Part shown: piece by piece, positions 59,640 to 64,000 of the stretch | Layout of the letters: each line of letters opens with the position of its first letter | Position numbering within the stretch: position 1 is the stretch's first letter | Origin: an uncultured Mycoplasmatota bacterium | Lineage (GTDB): Bacteria > Bacillota_I > Bacilli_A > RF39 > UBA660 | Direction of reading: 5' to 3' | Assembly: GCA_947571135.1 (NCBI GenBank) | Contig: CANOWY010000002.1 | Coordinates: forward strand, 5,569 to 69,568 | DNA: 64,000 nucleotides | Position numbers and translations under genes: made by a program | The notes under the pieces: model-generated | The model's input: the letters and a program-made list of their open reading frames with translations, nothing else | Database searches by the model: none | What the model was told of the DNA's origin: nothing

Positions 59640-59726
59640 TGTCTATAAGAGCGACTAAAAAAGTAGTAATAGATCCTGGTCACCCAAGGTATTTGTTCCC
59701 CAACAATAATATGTTGTGGTAAACGA
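59640..59726 (+). pseudogene. 28-codon remnant of an Amidase_3-type gene
   Basis: MSIRATKKVVIDPGHPRYLFPNNNMLW*, to compare with cwlD KLIVIDVGHGG. A stop follows immediately, at the left edge of the terminal island. Confidence 0.35.
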
Positions 59727-59803
59727 TAAATCTATAAGTTAAGGTACTATGTTAGCAGAGTATCTTTTTTAGTGATATAATTATATAAAGAGGTGAAATT
59801 AAC

Positions 59804-60511
59804 ATGATTTACAAAAAGACATATCAAGTTGAAGGAAAGATAATTACAAAAAATGAGATTACTAGCTTAATAAACAATATTTTATCAAAACTTTCAAATG
59901 AAATAGAACTAAATTTAAATATTAAAGCAGATTTTGTAGATCAAAGTTCTCTTGAAGATAATGCAATAGAATTATTAAATGATATATATTTTGACAAAAA
60001 GAAATTAAAAGATATTGAAATAAAGATATATTGCAATCACTTTGATGATCACATTTATATAACCTTGAATAATAATTATTATTCAAGCAGTATATCTTTA
60101 CAAATTAATGAAAAAAAGCTTTATGATTCAATATGCCATAGTATAGAAGAAAATTTAAATTTAATGGATAATCAAAATAAGATTTATTTACTGTCAAGTA
60201 AAAGTTGGGGATACTTTGTTTTATATATTCCAATTGTTGCATTAGAGGTATTATTAATTCTTATTTTGAATGAAGTTTTTAATTGTAAAATATCAACAAT
60301 AATGATGATTACATTGATGTTCTTAATACCTAGTTTAGCTTCCATGTATATAATAAAATATATTGAAAAGAAATATCCAATAAATCAATTTGATTTTGGA
60401 GAATCATCAATAAACCATTTTAGAAATGAGAAATCAGTATTTTTAAAAATAATAGGCTTTGTTATTACAAATATATTGTTGCCAATATTAGTTTCATTAA
60501 TTACTAAATAG
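59804..60511 (+). CDS. Hypothetical protein with a soluble N-terminal domain and a C-terminal 3-TM bundle
   Basis: 235 aa with hydrophobic segments at about residues 145-165, 170-190 and 210-232. No other motif was recognised. Confidence 0.45.
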   Translation: MIYKKTYQVEGKIITKNEITSLINNILSKLSNEIELNLNIKADFVDQSSLEDNAIELLNDIYFDKKKLKDIEIKIYCNHFDDHIYITLNNNYYSSSISLQINEKKLYDSICHSIEENLNLMDNQNKIYLLSSKSWGYFVLYIPIVALEVLLILILNEVFNCKISTIMMITLMFLIPSLASMYIIKYIEKKYPINQFDFGESSINHFRNEKSVFLKIIGFVITNILLPILVSLITK

Positions 60512-60591
60512 TTTTAAATATAAATTATAATGGTATGCGTAAGAGCATATCTTTTTGTTTTGCAAAATTTTAAAGATTGGAGGAATGATAT

Positions 60592-61858
60592 ATGAATTAT
60601 GCAATTTTTAAAAGTGAACCAATAATGACACTCAATGATTTAGCACAAATTGGTTCATACAATAAACGAGAAAAGAAAGCCTATAATTCTAACCCTGATA
60701 TTAAGTTAGAATTAACAAAAGAAAATATTGAATTAGTGCCTTTAGCAGATAAATATGTTAAAGGCTTTTATAATTTAACAAAAGAATATAAAAAGGAACA
60801 TGATGAACGAATGAAAACGGAACGAGAAGATAGAAAAAGAAGTTTTAAACAAATGGTAGATAAATCTAAAAGTGTTGTTGCTGATGAACTTTTATTTACA
60901 GCTACGCATGAGTTTTTTAAGGATATGAGTAAAGAAGATATTAAAAAGTGGGCAGAAGTTTGTATGGATTTTGTTTATAAAGATTTAGGATATACAAAAG
61001 AACAAGTACTACATAGTGTTATACATTTAGATGAAAAAACACCTCATATTCATTGTGTAGTAGTACCTTTAGTAAAAAAATATGATAAAAGAACAAATAC
61101 GGAAAGATATACGATTTCTAAAAAACAATACATTAGAGATAAACTTCATTTATCTGAATTACAAGATATTTACCATAAAAGATTAATTGATAACGGCTAT
61201 GATTTGGAACGAGAGAATTAAACATAGTGATAATGAGAGTATTCCTATTAGAGAATATAAAAAGATAATACGAAAACTTAATCATACTTTAAATGTTAGG
61301 AATGAAAGACTAGAAAATGCCATGACTGATTTAGAAGAACAAATGAAAAGCAATAAAGATGTTATGTTTGATAAAGAATATGTTAAAGTGAAGAAAGAAA
61401 CTTTTGATACTATGAATCATGTTTTTAAAGAAACAAAAAAGGTTATGGAAATACAACCTAAATTGCAACAAGTTTTTGATGAAGTAGATAGTTATTCCCA
61501 AAATTATCTTTCAGTTCAAAAAGAAAATAAAAGAGTAAAAAAAGAAGTTGAAACTTTAAAAAATAAAAATAAGAAATTACAAGAAGAAAATAAAAATCTA
61601 ATTTCCTATATTAGGTCTATGTTAAAGGGTATTAAATATTTTTTTAGAGAGTTACTACAAATTGGTAATGAGAAAACAAAAGAGGTTACTACGAACGAAA
61701 TTAAGGACTATTTTGATAACGAAGATTTTAATAAAGAAGATGTTTATGATATTGCAAAAGAAACTACTAAAGAAAGTGAATTATTTGATTATGCAGATAT
61801 TCCTAGTTATATGAGGATTAGCAAAAAGTCTTATGAAAAAGAAGATCTTAGTTTATAG
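60592..61858 (+). pseudogene. mob: MobV-family (Mob/Pre) relaxase, frameshifted into two ORFs (60592-61221 and 61187-61858)
   Basis: The N-terminus MNYAIFKSEPIMTLND...YNKREK and the motif HLDEKTPHIHCVVVP match the Mob_Pre HxDE..PHxH relaxase signature. ...DNGYDLERE (pMV158 MobM has DHGFELERGK) continues in the +1 frame as IKHSDNE... with a coiled-coil C-terminus. The frames switch within GAGAGAATTAA (61207-61221). Confidence 0.7.
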
Positions 61859-61938
61859 TTTAAATAAGTTTAATTATTATATTTGTTTTATATATATATA
61901 TTATTATATGATATAATTAATGCCAAGAGGTGTTTTAA

Positions 61939-63522
61939 ATGAATACAAAAGTTTTAGTTAAAAATAATTTTAAAAGAGAATTTAGAAAGTGGCTTTCTAG
62001 TAATAGCAATAATTTTGCGGTTAAAAAGAATACTGCTAATTCGTATGTTGCATTGTTAAATGTTTTAAATAACACTATGTTGGAGATGAATTTAATTTCT
62101 ACTTCAATATTTGAAATTGTGCAATATGATAAATTGCAAGAGTCTTATGATTTATTTGAAAGTACAGATGATTTAAAAAACTATTTTCAAAATACTACAT
62201 ATAGTTATTACACAATAAAGAACGCATTTAATAAATATTTAATATTTTTTAAAACTATGATTTTAGGTGAAGAGATTATAGATGAAATTGAGTATGATAA
62301 TAGAAAACTTTTTTCTAAGTGGCTACTTAACAAAGAAAATAATAGAGGCGAATATTTTTCAAAGAATACAGTTAATCAGTATCTAGGTGTATTATCTAAT
62401 GTAAGTTCAGAATTAATATCAAATAATTTAACTAATATGAAAATATTTGATATTAAAACTAGTGAAGAATTAAAAAATGTTTTTGAAAAAGCAGAAACTT
62501 TGGATATTTTTACACAATTTATTAATAATCATCAGCCAATTAATAGTGTAAAATCTTTATATATTGAATTTTTGGAAGAAAAGGAAAATAGCGGACTTAC
62601 AGAAGAATCTATGAATTCTGATTATAACAATATATATGATTCTAGTTTTATTAAGTACACAGAAATAGATTTTTTAAATGAAGTATTTGTTGAAAAAGAA
62701 AAATATGAAACTATGAAAAGTAGACTTTTGAAAAAGAAAAATATAATAATTCAAGGCTCTCCAGGAGTTGGAAAAAGTTTTTTATCTAAAAGGTTAGTTT
62801 ATTCTATTATCGGAAGTAAAAATAGTGAATTTGTTGAAATGGTTCAATTTCATCAAAATTATTCTTATGAAGATTTTGTTATGGGATATAGACCTACAGG
62901 AAGAGGAAACTTTGAATTAAAAAATGGAATTTTTTACAATATTTGTAATGTTGCAAAAAGAAATCCTAATCAAAAATATTTTTTAATCATAGATGAAATA
63001 AATAGAGGAAATTTAAGCAAAATATTTGGTGAGTTACTTCTTTTGATTGAAAATGATAAAAGAGGTGAAGAATATTCTATTCCTTTATTATATAAATCTG
63101 AATTAAAATTTTTTGTTCCGGAAAATTTATATATTATAGGTATTATGAATACTGCAGATAGAAGTTTGGCATTTATGGATTATGCATTAAGAAGAAGATT
63201 TAGTTTTATTGAAATTGAACCACAATTCAAATCAAATAAATTTCAAATGTATTTAAAAAAATGTAACGAGTATAGATATTTAGAAAAAATATTAAATATT
63301 ATAGACAATATAAATCAATCAATATTAGAAGATGAAACTTTGGGAAAGAATTATATGATTGGACATAGTTATTTTTGCAATCTTGAAGAGTCATCTAAGA
63401 ATGATATAAATGAAATAATCAATTTTGATATTATACCTTTAATTGAGGAATATTGGATTAATAATGAAAGCAAGTTTCTAGAATTTAAAAATGAATTATC
63501 GGGGGCAATCGAATATGACTAA
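61939..63522 (+). CDS. mcrB: McrB-like GTPase subunit of a type IV (modification-dependent) restriction system, with an unassigned ~250-aa N-terminal domain
   Basis: The AAA_5/McrB core has IIIQGSPGVGKS (Walker A), the McrB signature QFHQNYSYEDFV, IIDEINRGN and IGIMNTADRS. Confidence 0.8.
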   Translation: MNTKVLVKNNFKREFRKWLSSNSNNFAVKKNTANSYVALLNVLNNTMLEMNLISTSIFEIVQYDKLQESYDLFESTDDLKNYFQNTTYSYYTIKNAFNKYLIFFKTMILGEEIIDEIEYDNRKLFSKWLLNKENNRGEYFSKNTVNQYLGVLSNVSSELISNNLTNMKIFDIKTSEELKNVFEKAETLDIFTQFINNHQPINSVKSLYIEFLEEKENSGLTEESMNSDYNNIYDSSFIKYTEIDFLNEVFVEKEKYETMKSRLLKKKNIIIQGSPGVGKSFLSKRLVYSIIGSKNSEFVEMVQFHQNYSYEDFVMGYRPTGRGNFELKNGIFYNICNVAKRNPNQKYFLIIDEINRGNLSKIFGELLLLIENDKRGEEYSIPLLYKSELKFFVPENLYIIGIMNTADRSLAFMDYALRRRFSFIEIEPQFKSNKFQMYLKKCNEYRYLEKILNIIDNINQSILEDETLGKNYMIGHSYFCNLEESSKNDINEIINFDIIPLIEEYWINNESKFLEFKNELSGAIEYD

Positions 63523-64000
63523 TTTATATAAAAATAAAATTCCAATAAAGAATGTTTATTATATGCTATCATATGCTTATGATTTTTTGGAATATGAAGA
63601 ATTAAATCATTTAGGGGAAGAACAATTTGATAATATATATGAAATGTTATCTATAATACTTCTGCAGGGAATTTATAGTCAGATAAAAAAAGGATTATAT
63701 AAAGAATATATTGATATTAATGAAGATCTACCTTACATAAAAGGAAAATTGAATATGAATAACACTTTATTTTGCATATGTAATAGTTCAATTAATGTTA
63801 ATTGTGATTATGAAAAATATAGTATTAATAATATATTCAATCAAATTATTAAAACAACATTAATCTTATTGCAAAATAAAGATATTGACTTAACAATAAA
63901 ACAAAAAATTAGTAAGTGTTTGGAATATTTTTATGAAGTTGATGTTGTAAACTTTGATAATAACTTTTCATGGAAAAGTATTATTTACAACAGGAACAAT
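63515..64000 (+). CDS. mcrC: McrC-like nuclease subunit (5' part; runs off the window end)
   Basis: The N-terminus ...IPIKNVYYMLSYAYDFLEY matches the McrC N-terminal signature. It overlaps the mcrB stop by 8 nt. Confidence 0.7.
   Translation, partial: MTNLYKNKIPIKNVYYMLSYAYDFLEYEELNHLGEEQFDNIYEMLSIILLQGIYSQIKKGLYKEYIDINEDLPYIKGKLNMNNTLFCICNSSINVNCDYEKYSINNIFNQIIKTTLILLQNKDIDLTIKQKISKCLEYFYEVDVVNFDNNFSWKSIIYNRNN

Noticed and set aside
60512-60591. oriT upstream of mob
   Set aside because: There is only a weak 5-bp-arm inverted repeat (TATGC-GTAAGA-GCATA), which is insufficient to call a nick site.
1-64000. CRISPR arrays, rRNA or tRNA genes, and IS transposases or integrases
   Set aside because: No short regularly spaced direct repeats were seen. 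No GC-rich cloverleaf-sized islands occur in the intergenic regions. No DDE or tyrosine-recombinase-like ORFs were recognised. The only mobility gene seen is the frameshifted MobV relaxase.

Overview
This window is the replication-origin region of a very AT-rich (about 28% GC), standard-code, spore-forming low-GC Firmicute with a streamlined genome. The conserved backbone is nearly collinear with the Bacillus subtilis origin-proximal region, with several genes missing.

Backbone, left of the origin (minus strand): rsmG, mnmG, mnmE, jag, yidC, rnpA, rpmH.

Origin: two DnaA-box clusters, on either side of dnaA.

Backbone, right of the origin (plus strand):
- dnaA, dnaN, a ComK-like gene, recF, gyrB, gyrA.
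- A NUDIX gene, a miniature SRP RNA, tadA, dnaX, ybaB, recR.
- A bofA-like gene, holB, ricT, a yabB-like methyltransferase, pth, mfd.
- spoVT, a T-box leader, an SDR gene and metG.
- tatD, a 3D-domain yabE-like gene, rsmA, yabG, veg, spoVG.
- yabP, yabQ, divIC, two degenerate EcfA-like ATPases, truA, rplM, rpsI, cwlD.
- htrA, addB/rexB, addA.

Accessory insertions into this backbone are the main points of interest:
1. A kinase-like protein plus a divergent deviant-P-loop protein wedged between mnmE and jag.
2. A miniature RelA/SpoT-domain (alarmone-synthetase-like) protein followed by a paralogous kinase-like protein, between rpsI and cwlD.
3. A MerR-family regulator plus a DUF3419-like protein, carried between two ~210 bp copies of the tatD 5' end. 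The DUF3419-like gene is driven by a consensus promoter whose 17-nt spacer contains a G9 tract.
4. An SDR gene in the T-box/metG operon, interrupted by a +1 frameshift in a G8 tract.
5. A truncated DUF1016 nuclease gene between mfd and spoVT.
6. A cluster of a Zn-PLC-like protein, an Abi_2 abortive-infection protein, HtrA and a DUF2130 protein.
7. A terminal island after addA: an amidase remnant, a membrane protein, a frameshifted MobV relaxase, and McrBC with an unrecognised N-terminal domain.

No CRISPR array, rRNA or tRNA gene was seen, and no transposase or integrase was recognised.
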